The notes: generated from the sequence alone by a model not told the origin. 64,000 nucleotides of DNA from an uncultured Rikenellaceae bacterium (GCA_964435015.1 CAYSXP010000012.1:32000-95999); one strand, 5' to 3'; counted from the first letter of the stretch, positions 47,231 to 57,968 are shown. Program-made: numbers and translations.

Positions 47231-50200
47231 TTAGAAGCCAAAATTAAGTGAGACCCCGTATGTCCGTGTTGTTGGCAGCGGGAATGCATTCTCGCCCTCA
47301 TATGCATTGGAAGTACCAATCATTATTTCCGGATCGCAATATTCAGCTTTGTTCATCAGGAAGAACAGGTTACGGCCAACGAGTGAAACTCTTGCCGAGC
47401 GGAAGAATGTTTTGGCCACAATGCTTTTTGGCAGGTCATAGCCAAGAATCATTTCCCTCATGCGGATATTTGTTGCCTCCCGTATGAAAGCTTCGCCTGC
47501 CGGGTTGTTCCTGCCGCCAACGTTGTTCCAGAAAGCCTCCGAGGTGCATGTTTTCGTATTGGGTTCGCCAGTGGGCGTTACGCCCTCAAATCCTTTGAAA
47601 ACATCCCTGCCAAACATAAGTGTGCCGTCCCTGCCGATTGTGGTGTATTCCTGGATGCCGCTTCCTGCTGAGATGGCTTCGGTGAATGCTATGAAGGTTC
47701 CTCCGATCCTGAAATCAATAAGGGAACTGAACGAAAAGTTCTTGTACCTGAATGTGTTGCTTACACCGGCGAGCCAGTCGGGGTTGAAGTTGGCTGCTCT
47801 CACTGTCATTCCGGGAGTGATGGCTGGTATTCCGTTTTCCTGAACAATGATCTTTTGGGTATTTTCATATCGCTGCCAGCCTTTTGTATACACTTCGCCG
47901 AAAGGAGCGCCTGCTCTCAGGAGATATCTCCTGATGAAGTCGGTGGATACGCCCAGTTCATCAAAGCCTTCTGCAATTTCAAGTATTTTGCTTGTGTTCT
48001 TTGCCCAGTTGATGTCAATATCCCATGAGAAGCCCTTACCTTCAACAACAGCGGCGCCGAGAGTCAGCTCAACACCCCTGTTCCGGACGTTTGCTCCATT
48101 CTGGTAGATGCTTGCAACGCCGGATGTAGCCGGTACCGGGGTTGCAAAAAGCTGGTCGTAGGTACTGGTGTTGTACCATGTGAAACCGAACCTTATCCTG
48201 TCTCTCAGGAGCCTGAAATCAAAGCCCAGCTCGGTTGACTTGGTAGTTTCCGGCTTGAGGTTTGCGTTGGGCAGCACATTGCTCAGGGTAATAACACCGC
48301 CGGTGCCGACTGAAGCTGTTCGGGCCAGCTGATAAGGACCCGTGTCGTTGCCCACGATTGCATATGAACCCCTCAGTTTGAGATAGGTGACGAGATCAGG
48401 AAGGGTGACAAGGTCGCTGACAACTGCGGTCAGACCAAATGACGGGTAGAAATAAGATCTGTTGGAGGCAGGCAGGGTCGAGCTCCAGTCGTTCCTTCCT
48501 GTCAGATTGAGGAATATTGCATTCTTCCATGAGATTTCAGCAAATCCGTACATTGAGTTAACCACTTTTTTCGAGTAATCTTCAGTTGGCCTCGGGTTGG
48601 CCGTGTTGGTGAGGGCGAACAGGTTTTCAATATTGAACACCACCCCGGAGCCGCCGATCATCTGGTATTCGGTCATATAATGGTTTCCTCCGGCATTCAC
48701 ATCAAACACGAAATCACCGAGGGCCTTGTGGTAGTTGATCAGGAAGTCATTGTTCCATCCGTATGAAGAGGAGTTGTATTTCCCATAGCCTCCGTTGATT
48801 GCCACAGTATATGAATCATTGTACCATTTCTCCTCGCGCTGGGTGAAGCTTGCATCGAGGGCGGATCTTCCCATTATTGAAAGATCCTTGAATATCTGGT
48901 ATTTGAGGCTGACCATACCTATCGGCCTCCATCTGTCCTGAGGTTTAAGGATCCGGTTCCTCGTCCAGTAGGCATTGCCGGTACCGTTGTCGTTCCACCT
49001 CCAGTAATGCTGTCTTAGCTGTCCGGCCGGATTGACATATTCGAAGTGCTGCAGGTCCTCAGTGCGGATATTCCTGGGGAGAACATACAGGTACCTCATT
49101 GGATTGTCGAAACCCTCACCGGTTGCGAATATGTTTTCAAAGCTCTGCTTGATTACCGTTACCTTTGAATCGAGGGTGAATTTTTCACCGAGCTTTGATC
49201 CGAACCTGAGGTTCAGGTTATGACTGTGGAGGTTATTTGAAGCAACTATACCGGAGGCATTGGTGTTGGTGTAGGAGAAAGCCGTATTCGTCCTGGCTGT
49301 GTTGATTGTCACCTGGAGGTTTGTTGCGATGCTGTTTCCGGTCTGGAAATAGTCCTTGACGTTGTTGGGCTGGGGAAGGTAGGGGTATGTTTTGCCGTAC
49401 AGGGGATAATTTGGATCGGGTGACCAGTGGGCCACCTGTGATCCGTCCATTTTAGGTCCCCAGGAAACGATTGCCAGTGGCGAGTATACGCCGTTTCCTC
49501 CCTGTCCGTACTCATTCTGCATTTTATCAAGCAGGATGGCCGATGTACCCTGGTATGTAAATCCGAGGTCAACCATAACGCCTTCTGCCCCTCCCTGTCC
49601 GGATTTGGTGGTAACGATTATCACACCGTTGTTGGCCCGGCTTCCGTAAAGAGCTGCTGCATTGGCACCTTTCAGCACCGAGATTGAAGCTATGTCATCA
49701 GGGGCAAGGTTTGAAATCCCGCCCATAGGTACGCCGTCGATCACGTAGAGCGGCTGGCTGCTTCCTGCTATTGACCGGTTGCCCCTCATAAGCACCTTTG
49801 CATCAGCGCCCACGCCGGTACCTGCTGTTGTCACTGACAAACCGGCCACCCTGCCGCTGAGGCCTGAAACGGGGTTAAGGTCCCTTGCTTCGGCAAGTGC
49901 CTTGGGAGCCACGTTCTGGGCAGCATAGGTGAGTGCCTTACTCTGACGCGAAATACCGAACGCGGTAACAACAACATCTTCAAGGGCAAGGATGTTTTGC
50001 TCCAGCACGATGTCAAAGTGTGTCTGGGTGCCAATCGGAACCTCAACTGCCTTCATACCGATAAAGGAGACTACAAGGGCAGCCGCATTGGGCGGCACCG
50101 ACAATGTAAACGCCCCATCGATGTCAGTCGCTGTTCCAATTGTAGTTCCTTTAACTACAACAGGTACCCCGGCCATACCATGCCCGTCTTCGGCACTGGT

Positions 50201-50287
50201 AACTTTACCCGTGATGGTTTTTTGTGCGAAAGCGCCCTGCAATCCTGCAAATAGCAGAAATGCAAGAAGAATTGCAATTTTTCTCAT
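47231..50287 (-). CDS. SusC/RagA family TonB-linked outer membrane protein
   Basis: 1018 aa. It has a signal peptide, a CarboxypepD_reg-like domain (ITGKVTSAEDGHGMAGVPVVVKGT), a plug (VVVTAFGISRQ) and a barrel ending ...VSLNFGF. Confidence 0.9.
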   Translation of the reverse strand: MRKIAILLAFLLFAGLQGAFAQKTITGKVTSAEDGHGMAGVPVVVKGTTIGTATDIDGAFTLSVPPNAAALVVSFIGMKAVEVPIGTQTHFDIVLEQNILALEDVVVTAFGISRQSKALTYAAQNVAPKALAEARDLNPVSGLSGRVAGLSVTTAGTGVGADAKVLMRGNRSIAGSSQPLYVIDGVPMGGISNLAPDDIASISVLKGANAAALYGSRANNGVIIVTTKSGQGGAEGVMVDLGFTYQGTSAILLDKMQNEYGQGGNGVYSPLAIVSWGPKMDGSQVAHWSPDPNYPLYGKTYPYLPQPNNVKDYFQTGNSIATNLQVTINTARTNTAFSYTNTNASGIVASNNLHSHNLNLRFGSKLGEKFTLDSKVTVIKQSFENIFATGEGFDNPMRYLYVLPRNIRTEDLQHFEYVNPAGQLRQHYWRWNDNGTGNAYWTRNRILKPQDRWRPIGMVSLKYQIFKDLSIMGRSALDASFTQREEKWYNDSYTVAINGGYGKYNSSSYGWNNDFLINYHKALGDFVFDVNAGGNHYMTEYQMIGGSGVVFNIENLFALTNTANPRPTEDYSKKVVNSMYGFAEISWKNAIFLNLTGRNDWSSTLPASNRSYFYPSFGLTAVVSDLVTLPDLVTYLKLRGSYAIVGNDTGPYQLARTASVGTGGVITLSNVLPNANLKPETTKSTELGFDFRLLRDRIRFGFTWYNTSTYDQLFATPVPATSGVASIYQNGANVRNRGVELTLGAAVVEGKGFSWDIDINWAKNTSKILEIAEGFDELGVSTDFIRRYLLRAGAPFGEVYTKGWQRYENTQKIIVQENGIPAITPGMTVRAANFNPDWLAGVSNTFRYKNFSFSSLIDFRIGGTFIAFTEAISAGSGIQEYTTIGRDGTLMFGRDVFKGFEGVTPTGEPNTKTCTSEAFWNNVGGRNNPAGEAFIREATNIRMREMILGYDLPKSIVAKTFFRSARVSLVGRNLFFLMNKAEYCDPEIMIGTSNAYEGENAFPLPTTRTYGVSLNFGF

Positions 50288-50392
50288 GGTTTAAGAATAG
50301 GTTAATAATAGTTTGTGGTTACTGATATCCAGATTGATTAAAAAACCCCAGTTTCCTTCACGAAACCCGATCATTTTTTAAAGAATCGTTAA

Positions 50393-50424
50393 CAAAGTTA
50401 AAAATCTTTAAAATAAAAACCAAA
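50393..50424 (-). promoter_or_regulatory. Candidate Bacteroidota sigma-ABfr-type promoter for susC
   Basis: The minus strand reads TTTG-N20-TAACTTTG, matching the -33 TTTG / -7 TAnnTTTG consensus and spacing. The -7 box lies about 105 nt upstream of the susC ATG at 50287. Confidence 0.45.
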
Positions 50425-50577
50425 AGAAACGTTAATTTTTCCCGGAATAAATGTTAAACTATTCCTGAAAAATCATGGGAAAGGTGTGAGGTTTGGACCG
50501 GCCTTCCGGATTCATTGATTTTAATTCACTGGATGACAGTTATTTTTAAAAAACAGGAGAGACAGAAAGTTTCATAC

Positions 50578-51354
50578 TCAGGGATTCCTTAAATAACTTA
50601 ACATTTTGTTAAAATTACTCCTTACATGTGCAGTCGGGCTTTGTGGCATCGCTTTTTCTATGTTTCCTTCAACCGAATCCCTGTCTGACTCCATAAACCA
50701 TGAAACATTTACGGCCAGCGACCGGGCAAGCATGTCGCTCAGCCTGTCAAGGTCGTCATCGCTGTATACTTCTGATTTCACCTGCTCCTCAAGCAAGCGT
50801 TCAAGCAGGTTAAAGTAGTTCCTTTTTACGATTTTCATGCCGTATTGAAGGTCCCTGTCCGCTTCATCATCAGAATCCATTATCTTCCAGGCCAGCTCCA
50901 GCATCCTGTCATGAACGAGAAGTCCGAAGATATTAATCTCAGCCAGCTCATTGCAATAATAATTCCTTGTGCCGGTATCAACGGAATAAATGCTCTGAAG
51001 CTCCCTGAAAAAACGGGTAAAATGCTGGATTATCTGAGCCCTGCTGTGCAGGGGCATATTGGTGTCATACATGAATGCGAGATTGTCTCCGCTGACAAGG
51101 CGGGCAAATATGGCTCCCGATTTATTGCTTGACTTCCTGGGAAGTGAATACGGGTAATTACTCTTCAGTGTGCTTAATGTGATATCGGCATTTATGTAAT
51201 CCTGGATGTTCCATGGCCTGGTGTGATCAGGCAGCCCGAGCTTCTGGTATTCCGAAGGCAGCAGGGACAGGTCATTCGGTTTGTCGTTCCCGCATGAAAA
51301 TAAAAATAATACCGCAAGAATCACGATGGCTGGGATTTTAATGGACCTGTGCAT
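50578..51354 (-). CDS. Hypothetical lipoprotein (helical, no recognised family)
   Basis: 258 aa with signal/lipobox AVLFLFSCGNDK. It sits between the VCBS/ASPIC gene and susC on the same strand. Confidence 0.5.
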   Translation of the reverse strand: MHRSIKIPAIVILAVLFLFSCGNDKPNDLSLLPSEYQKLGLPDHTRPWNIQDYINADITLSTLKSNYPYSLPRKSSNKSGAIFARLVSGDNLAFMYDTNMPLHSRAQIIQHFTRFFRELQSIYSVDTGTRNYYCNELAEINIFGLLVHDRMLELAWKIMDSDDEADRDLQYGMKIVKRNYFNLLERLLEEQVKSEVYSDDDLDRLSDMLARSLAVNVSWFMESDRDSVEGNIEKAMPQSPTAHVRSNFNKMLSYLRNP

Positions 51355-51456
51355 AATCTGTTTCTGAAATTAATGTTAAATACCCGTTACAACTGCTGCT
51401 GCCTTATTCTTTCATTCCGTCAGGAGAGCCTGAATTCCGGTTTTCCCGCCTGTTTG

Positions 51457-54400
51457 TCATTTAACAGTGTGTTTGTACAATCGCAGTGAGTCATTGTTAA
51501 GTGCGAATACAATGAGTCCGCTTCCGCCGGGTGTCCTTATCCCGGCCACATCCCGGGCTTCACCCCGGATGAAGAGCCCGCTGCGGAGGTCATCCAATGG
51601 CGTGAAATTTCCTTTTCCGTCACCCCTGAGGAGCAAGCCTTTCCCCGCATCATAGTCACTGAATTTTATTCTTGATCCGAAAAAATTGCCTGCAAGGACA
51701 ATATCTGTATTTCCGTCGTTGTCAAAATCGCCCGGGCAGATACCATAAACCGGGAAATACTGGGCTTCCCGGGGCAAAGGCTTTATTTCAAACCGGTCAT
51801 TGCCCCTGTTCTCAATATAGCAGCTTGAAAATGTCTTTGCCTCGAAGATTTCAGCCCTGCTGAGTGCATCTTCGGAAAAGATGTCGGTGATGGTAAGGCT
51901 GGCGTAGGATTCATAGGTCGGGTATTTCTGTTTTATGAAGGGCATCTGTTTCTGCAGATCATCCTTGGAATAGAACGGATAGCTTCGGCCTTGAATGAAA
52001 TAACTCATGATGGCATCGATGGTGCCGTTGTTGTCAAAATCCCCGGCATAAATTGTGCAGGGTTCGGCGGGAGAAACTTTTATGCGTGAATTAAGCCCGA
52101 GGTTTCCTGCAATATAGTCATCATCCCCGTCATTATCAAAGTCGGCGGCGACGATTGTGTTCCACCAGCCCTCAGTGTTTTGCGGTCCGCAGATGCCTGT
52201 TATCTCTTCCAGTTTTTTGCCTCCTGCATTCCTGAAAAATCTGATCTTCATCCATTCCCCGACAATAATAAGATCGGGTTTGCCGTCAAGGTTGAAATCT
52301 GTCCATACCGCATCCGTCACCATGCCCGGGTAAAGCAGTTCCGCATTATATGATGCCGTAACGTCGGTAAAGAATCCCTTTCCGTCATTTTCCAGGATAT
52401 AGCTCCGGGGAGCAAACGGATACTGTGACGGGATCAGCCTGCCCCCCACGAAAAGATCAGCATCGCCGTCACCGTCTATATCACAGCTTTTAACGCACGA
52501 ACCGCTTGTGATCATAACGGGCAGCCGTCCCTTTGCAGCTGAATAGGAGCCTTTTCCGTTATTCAGGTAGAGCCTGTCCTGAAGCTCAGCAGCATCGCCG
52601 GGAAATTCATTGCCCCCGCTGACAACATATAAATCCAGGTCGTTGTCGCCATCGGCGTCAAAAAAAACAGCCCCTACATCCTCGCATTCCATGTCCTTTA
52701 CGAAGCATGCCTGGGGAGCATGCCTGAACGAACCGTCGCCCGACTGGAGATAGAGCCGTCCGGGACAACCCCTGGCGCCGCCGAAGAAAAGATCCTCCAG
52801 CCCGTCATTGTTTACATCTCCCTTTGCAATGTGCGGCCCCTGAGTTGAAAGGAAATGAGGAAGCAGTACCTGATCCCTGAAATCATTATATTCATTCTCG
52901 ACATGCCTGAAATCAAGCACCTTATTATTTTCCACCCTGACAAAGACAGGCTCAGCCGGTGGTTTTTTCCGCGGGGCGGTGATCAAGGCATCATCATTGT
53001 TTAGCACAATGCACTGGCCGGCTTTCACGGAAGTCAGCACCTGTTCACGCATATCGGGCCATCTGATCCGCAGGGTGTCAACAACTGCAGCCCCTCCCAG
53101 GCCGAAAATGATCTCATGGTTCACTGATGACATGAAGCCCCTCGACGGCATGAATTCCTGAGTGTATGTATTATTGCCGCAGGTGGCGTCGAGCCGCGCA
53201 CCTATACCGCCGGTGTTCATCCCTGTGCCTTTCAGCCTGATTTTCAGATAATGGTTCCTGTTGATTTTTTCAGAGTTATTGCGCAGCACCAGAGGAAAAT
53301 CATTTATTGTACTGATCACCAGATCCATATCACCATCATTGTCGAGGTCGGCATAGGCAGCCCCGCTGGAAAGCGATGCCTTCTCATCGCCCCAGGTTTC
53401 GGTAACATCGGTAAAGGTGTAGTCGCCATTGTTCCTGTAGATGTAATTATTAAGAACGGTGGGCGGTATCTGATCAATGACGTTCATTTTCGAACGATGG
53501 CTCTGTCCCCTCTGCTGCCTGACCATCTGGCTCACCGCCAGAACCACTGCATCCATGTAGGTGCTGTTCCGCCCGTACCCGTTTGTTATGTAAAGATCCT
53601 TTTGCCCGTCGTTGTCAAAATCGCAGAAAAGGGGCGACCAGCTCCAGTTAGTAGCATAAACCCCGGCATACTGTCCTGTTTCCGTAAAGTAATCTCCGTG
53701 CATGTTCAGCTGAAGCATGTTTCTGGTGGACTGATTATAGAACCCTGATTTCTTGAGATTCTGGAATTTATCGTAGTTGTCGGGGCCTGCCACCAGCTTG
53801 TTTCCGTAATTATCCTCCGGTTCCATATCGAGGGTAAACAGGTCGATAAACCCGTCATTATTGAAATCAGCCGCGTCGCTTCCCATCGAAGAAAATGAAA
53901 TATGGTCGAAATATTCCTCAAGCTTCTCGGAGAAGGTCCCGTCCTTATTATTAATATAAAAGTAATCCTGTTCGGAATAATCATTGCAGATGTAGATGTC
54001 AGGCCATCCGTCGTTGTTGAAATCTGCCACGGCAAGGCCCAGTCCGAAATTGATAATATTGCCGGTCATTCCGGCTTCAGCGCTGACATCAACAAACTTA
54101 TCCCCTGTATTTTTATAGAGCCGGTGTTCGTATATGGGATCTCTTTCCTTTTTCCTGGCGGGATTTGTCATTGCATACTTGTCGAGGGAATGGTTCATGA
54201 CCAACAGGTCGAGATCTCCGTCCTTATCATAGTCAAAAAACGCACTGTGGGTTGAATATGAAGCATCGTTAATTCCGTAACGGGCGGCACATTCAGTGAA
54301 AGTCAGATCGCCGTTGTTAAGGTACAGGAGGTTTTTTCTGCGGTCATATCTCCCGTCAGTTGAGCAGCAGACATATATATCAAGAAATCCGTCGCCGTTT

Positions 54401-54786
54401 ATATCTGCCATGGTGGCTCCGGTGTTCCACTTGTTGCCTCCGGTCACACCCGACTTATCAGTTATATCGACGAACCTGAAATTACCCTTGTTGAGGTAGA
54501 GCCTGGCATGTGCAAAATTACCGCTGAAAAAAATATCAGGCAGCCCGTCGTTGTTTATATCCCCGATTGCCACGCCGGCTCCGTTGTACAGATATCCGTA
54601 GTCAAGAACATTGAAAACATCGTCCTCCGTTATCCAGTTCCGGAATTTTATCCCCGTCTTTTCAGGCGGCATGGAGGTAAAAAGCCTGCCGCCCGTTCTG
54701 TTGCACGAAACCGGCACCAGGGCAGCAATGGCAACTGCTGTAAGAAGAGCCATGAATTTGCCCGTATATAATGAGCGAAGGAACAT
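51457..54786 (-). CDS. FG-GAP/VCBS repeat protein with ASPIC/UnbV domain (CRTAC1-like), lipoprotein
   Basis: About 1109 aa. It has many repeats of the type GDINNDGLPDIFF, ADFNNDGWPDIYI and ADLDNDGDMDLVI. The ASPIC/UnbV-like block is SRGFMSSVNHEIIFGLG...DTLRIRWPD. The start is set to MFLRSLYTGKFMALLTAVAIAALVPVSC. Confidence 0.85.
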   Translation of the reverse strand: MFLRSLYTGKFMALLTAVAIAALVPVSCNRTGGRLFTSMPPEKTGIKFRNWITEDDVFNVLDYGYLYNGAGVAIGDINNDGLPDIFFSGNFAHARLYLNKGNFRFVDITDKSGVTGGNKWNTGATMADINGDGFLDIYVCCSTDGRYDRRKNLLYLNNGDLTFTECAARYGINDASYSTHSAFFDYDKDGDLDLLVMNHSLDKYAMTNPARKKERDPIYEHRLYKNTGDKFVDVSAEAGMTGNIINFGLGLAVADFNNDGWPDIYICNDYSEQDYFYINNKDGTFSEKLEEYFDHISFSSMGSDAADFNNDGFIDLFTLDMEPEDNYGNKLVAGPDNYDKFQNLKKSGFYNQSTRNMLQLNMHGDYFTETGQYAGVYATNWSWSPLFCDFDNDGQKDLYITNGYGRNSTYMDAVVLAVSQMVRQQRGQSHRSKMNVIDQIPPTVLNNYIYRNNGDYTFTDVTETWGDEKASLSSGAAYADLDNDGDMDLVISTINDFPLVLRNNSEKINRNHYLKIRLKGTGMNTGGIGARLDATCGNNTYTQEFMPSRGFMSSVNHEIIFGLGGAAVVDTLRIRWPDMREQVLTSVKAGQCIVLNNDDALITAPRKKPPAEPVFVRVENNKVLDFRHVENEYNDFRDQVLLPHFLSTQGPHIAKGDVNNDGLEDLFFGGARGCPGRLYLQSGDGSFRHAPQACFVKDMECEDVGAVFFDADGDNDLDLYVVSGGNEFPGDAAELQDRLYLNNGKGSYSAAKGRLPVMITSGSCVKSCDIDGDGDADLFVGGRLIPSQYPFAPRSYILENDGKGFFTDVTASYNAELLYPGMVTDAVWTDFNLDGKPDLIIVGEWMKIRFFRNAGGKKLEEITGICGPQNTEGWWNTIVAADFDNDGDDDYIAGNLGLNSRIKVSPAEPCTIYAGDFDNNGTIDAIMSYFIQGRSYPFYSKDDLQKQMPFIKQKYPTYESYASLTITDIFSEDALSRAEIFEAKTFSSCYIENRGNDRFEIKPLPREAQYFPVYGICPGDFDNDGNTDIVLAGNFFGSRIKFSDYDAGKGLLLRGDGKGNFTPLDDLRSGLFIRGEARDVAGIRTPGGSGLIVFALNNDSLRLYKHTVK

Positions 54787-55054
54787 CGGCAAGATACAAT
54801 TGAGATTGCTAAAGGCACACAAATTTATTCAATTGTTCTGTTTATACACCGGTCAGCTGAAAAATCTTGATCCCGGCATGCATATTTCCGTTCAACTGCC
54901 GGCTGCCATCCCGGTGCACAGGCATTTTTAAACGGTTACAAACGGACATAAGCGCATTCCAAGCATATACAAATGCTTAAAGACCGAAACGTCAGGATCA
55001 GGCTGACTAACTTTGACACAGTTAACTTAATCTGCTAATCAAAAATCAAATGCG

Positions 55055-55411
55055 ATGAATTCACTTAAGAACAGGGTCAATCTGATCGGCAACCTGGGTC
55101 AGGACCCGGAAACAAAGAATCTGGAAAACGGCAAGAAAGTAACGCGTTTCACCCTTGCCACCAGTGATGATTACAAGAATGCGGAAGGACAGAAGGTAAA
55201 GGAGACAACCTGGCACAACATTGTGGCCTGGAACGGCCTTGGGGATATTGCAGGCAGGTATCTGAAGAAAGGTGCTCAGATTGCTGTTGAGGGGAGGATC
55301 GTATACCGGAACTACGAAGACAAGAACGGGGCAACCAGGTATGTTACCGAAATTGTCATCAACGAGATGCTGATGCTCAGGTCGCAGAAGGCCCAGGGAA
55401 AGGAAGATTAA
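55055..55411 (+). CDS. ssb: Single-stranded DNA-binding protein (short form)
   Basis: 118 aa with an OB-fold: NRVNLIGNLGQDPETK...RFTLATSD...TWHNIVAWN...KGAQIAVEGRI. There is no long Gly-rich tail. Confidence 0.85.
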   Translation: MNSLKNRVNLIGNLGQDPETKNLENGKKVTRFTLATSDDYKNAEGQKVKETTWHNIVAWNGLGDIAGRYLKKGAQIAVEGRIVYRNYEDKNGATRYVTEIVINEMLMLRSQKAQGKED

Positions 55412-55466
55412 TGGTGCCGGGAGCTTTAGCGCTGCATTTCCCGCAATGGCTGAAACCTGAATTTGA

Positions 55467-55533
55467 TTAACCGCCTGCCTGACAATGACCAGAAAGCAAT
55501 TATTCTGTTACGGCGGCGGTTAATCCTTTATTT
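55467..55533 (+). terminator. Possible terminator after ssb (extended imperfect hairpin plus T-rich tail)
   Basis: TTAACCGCC (55467-55475) pairs with GGCGGTTAA (55515-55523). Inner GCC/GGC and CAGAA/TTCTG pairs extend the structure. It is followed by TCCTTTATTT. Confidence 0.3.
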
Positions 55534-55623
55534 AAGCCGTATATAATTAATTTTTCACACAGGTTTGTGTATGGCACACATACGGGTTTCAGAATGATAA
55601 AAAGTCAGGCCATTGATTGCCTG

Positions 55624-56190
55624 TCATATCTTTCTGCCCATTCTGAGAGCCTTAAGATTGATTTCAACGATCTCCTCCCCTTTCCTGCTGAAAAGTTTCC
55701 TTACTGCATTTTCGAGGCTTTCGAAAGGCATTTTAATATAAGGTGAAGCAGCCCCCAGTATTACCATATTTGCAGCTCTTGAGGATCCGGCCTCTTTTGC
55801 AACCACCTCTGCATCAATAAGTTTATACTTCGGAAGTTTTCTTATTTCAAGCAGTATTTCTTCCACGGGAGGGTAGTCAGGTATATTGACAAAGGGTTCT
55901 GAGGTGGTGATCAGCCATCCGCCTGAAGAGAGCCACGGCAGATATCTGAGCGATTCCATCGGTTCTGCAGAAATTATTATGTCGGCCTGTCCGTACGGGA
56001 TCAGGTCGGAATGAACCGGTTTATCGGAAATCCGGAGGTGTGATTGCACATCTCCTCCCCTCTGGCTCATCCCATGAACTTCTGCCTGCTTGAGATGAAG
56101 GTTGTTTTCCATCACGGCCAGCCCGATGGTGGCGGCAATCGAAAGGATTCCCTGGCCGCCTACACCTGAAAGTATAATGTCGTTCTTCAT
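55624..56190 (-). CDS. iorB: Indolepyruvate:ferredoxin oxidoreductase subunit beta
   Basis: 188 aa with the 2-oxoacid:ferredoxin oxidoreductase gamma-type motif LSGVGGQGILS...EVHGMSQRGG. It overlaps iorA by 4 nt. Confidence 0.8.
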   Translation of the reverse strand: MKNDIILSGVGGQGILSIAATIGLAVMENNLHLKQAEVHGMSQRGGDVQSHLRISDKPVHSDLIPYGQADIIISAEPMESLRYLPWLSSGGWLITTSEPFVNIPDYPPVEEILLEIRKLPKYKLIDAEVVAKEAGSSRAANMVILGAASPYIKMPFESLENAVRKLFSRKGEEIVEINLKALRMGRKI

Positions 56191-57812
56191 TGTTCGTCCT
56201 CCCTGTGTTCACTGCCCTGCGCTTCTGTCTTTCTGCGCCTCGAAGCTGTCTGGATGCATTCGCGGCTGGAAATAATAACGGAAACGTTCCTGTACCCGAA
56301 TTCCTCCTGCATAATCCTGACATTTTCCCCGTGGTTTTTTCGCAGCGGTATGATCTCCCTCACGTGTTCCGGATCAACTCCCAGCCCTTCGCATATTTTT
56401 CTCAGCCTCCCGGTTCCCTGCGATTTCTGGCCCCCGGTCATGCCGGTGGTCGAGTTATCGGAAATGATTATTGTCACCGGGCTGTTTTTCACCACGGCAT
56501 CGAGCAGGCCGGTCATTCCCGAATGTGTAAATGTTGAATCGCCGATGACGGCGACTGACGGGAACAGTCCGGCATCGGCAGCGCCGATTGCCATGGTTAC
56601 CGATGCACCCATGTCAACGCACGAATTGATGATGCCGTATGGAGGGAGGGCTGCCAGGGTGTAGCAACCGATATCTGAAAACACCCCATCCATGCCGAAT
56701 GGTTTGAGAGCTTCAATCACGGCGTTGAAAGTGTCGGCATGTCCGCATCCCTTGCAGAACGACGGCGGCCTTGGCCTGACTATGGCGGGTATTTCAGATC
56801 CCTTTCTGACGCTCATCCCGAGGGCTTTTGCCACAAGTGTGGGGTTCAGTTCCCCATCGCGCGGCAGTGAACCGTCGAGGCGTCCCATGATTTTGAGGTT
56901 ATTGTCGAGAATGCCGCGCAAAGCCTCTTCGACCAGCGGATATCCTTCCTCGAGGACCAGTATTTCCTCGCAGCGTGATGTCAGATCTGTTATAAGCTCT
57001 TTGGAAAAGGGATAGGCACTGATTTTAAGGTACGGAAAATCAGGTTCCCTCTCCTGGAAATTTTCGGCAAAATAGTTATATGCCAATCCGCATGCCAGCA
57101 CGCCGGTTTTTCTTTTTCTGTCATCCCTGAAGATGTTATGGCGGGTGATTCTGTTATCATATTTCAGCGATTCGTACAGCTCCAGCAATGCCCTGTATTT
57201 TTTTCTTGCAATGGCAGGAAGGAGTACAAACTGCCGTGGGTCGGAAGGGAGGCTCAGCTTTTTCCGGGGTTCGGGCTGCCGTCTTGTAATTACCGACCGG
57301 GAGTGTGCCAGCCTGGTTGTGATCCGGAAAAGGACAGGCAGCCTGTATTTTTCCGACAGCTCAAACGCATCAAACACCATATCATAGGCTTCCTGCTGGT
57401 TTGATGGCTCATATACCGGGACAAATGAGAACTTTCCGTAAAATCTTGAATCCTGCTCATTTTGCGAGGAATGCATGGAAGGGTCGTCGGCGGCAACAAC
57501 TATCAGGCCTCCGTTGACCCCGGTTACCGAAGAATTAATAAAAGGATCGGCGGCAACATTCAGTCCGACGTGTTTCATTGCAACCATTGCACGTTTGCCT
57601 GCGTATGACATTCCCAGCGCCGCTTCCATGGCAGTTTTTTCATTTGACGACCAGTTCCTGTGGATTTCATGTTCAGCAGCCTCATCTGATGCCTGAATGA
57701 ATTCCATGATCTCGGTTGAAGGAGTGCCCGGATAGGCATACATTCCGCTCAGGCCTGCATCCATTGCACCCTGTGCAATCGCCTCGTCTCCCAGCAGCAG
57801 TAGCTTTTGCAT
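56187..57812 (-). CDS. iorA: Indolepyruvate:ferredoxin oxidoreductase subunit alpha
   Basis: The start is set at MQKLLLLGDEAIAQGAMDAGL...YPGTPSTEI. The TPP-binding region is GDSTFTHSG. A CKGCGH-type cysteine block is present. Confidence 0.8.
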   Translation of the reverse strand: MQKLLLLGDEAIAQGAMDAGLSGMYAYPGTPSTEIMEFIQASDEAAEHEIHRNWSSNEKTAMEAALGMSYAGKRAMVAMKHVGLNVAADPFINSSVTGVNGGLIVVAADDPSMHSSQNEQDSRFYGKFSFVPVYEPSNQQEAYDMVFDAFELSEKYRLPVLFRITTRLAHSRSVITRRQPEPRKKLSLPSDPRQFVLLPAIARKKYRALLELYESLKYDNRITRHNIFRDDRKRKTGVLACGLAYNYFAENFQEREPDFPYLKISAYPFSKELITDLTSRCEEILVLEEGYPLVEEALRGILDNNLKIMGRLDGSLPRDGELNPTLVAKALGMSVRKGSEIPAIVRPRPPSFCKGCGHADTFNAVIEALKPFGMDGVFSDIGCYTLAALPPYGIINSCVDMGASVTMAIGAADAGLFPSVAVIGDSTFTHSGMTGLLDAVVKNSPVTIIISDNSTTGMTGGQKSQGTGRLRKICEGLGVDPEHVREIIPLRKNHGENVRIMQEEFGYRNVSVIISSRECIQTASRRRKTEAQGSEHREDEQ

Positions 57813-57968
57813 ATGATGAGTTTTCATTACAAACGACCGGACAAATTTATCAGATTATGTTTAATTTTGAAATTTCTTTAAAATTAAGCCGAAAGTTTTA
57901 CCGTTCCGTTCAATATTGCTTATTTTGCAGGGATAAGGTAAATATATCAGGGAATTACAAATTTTGAC

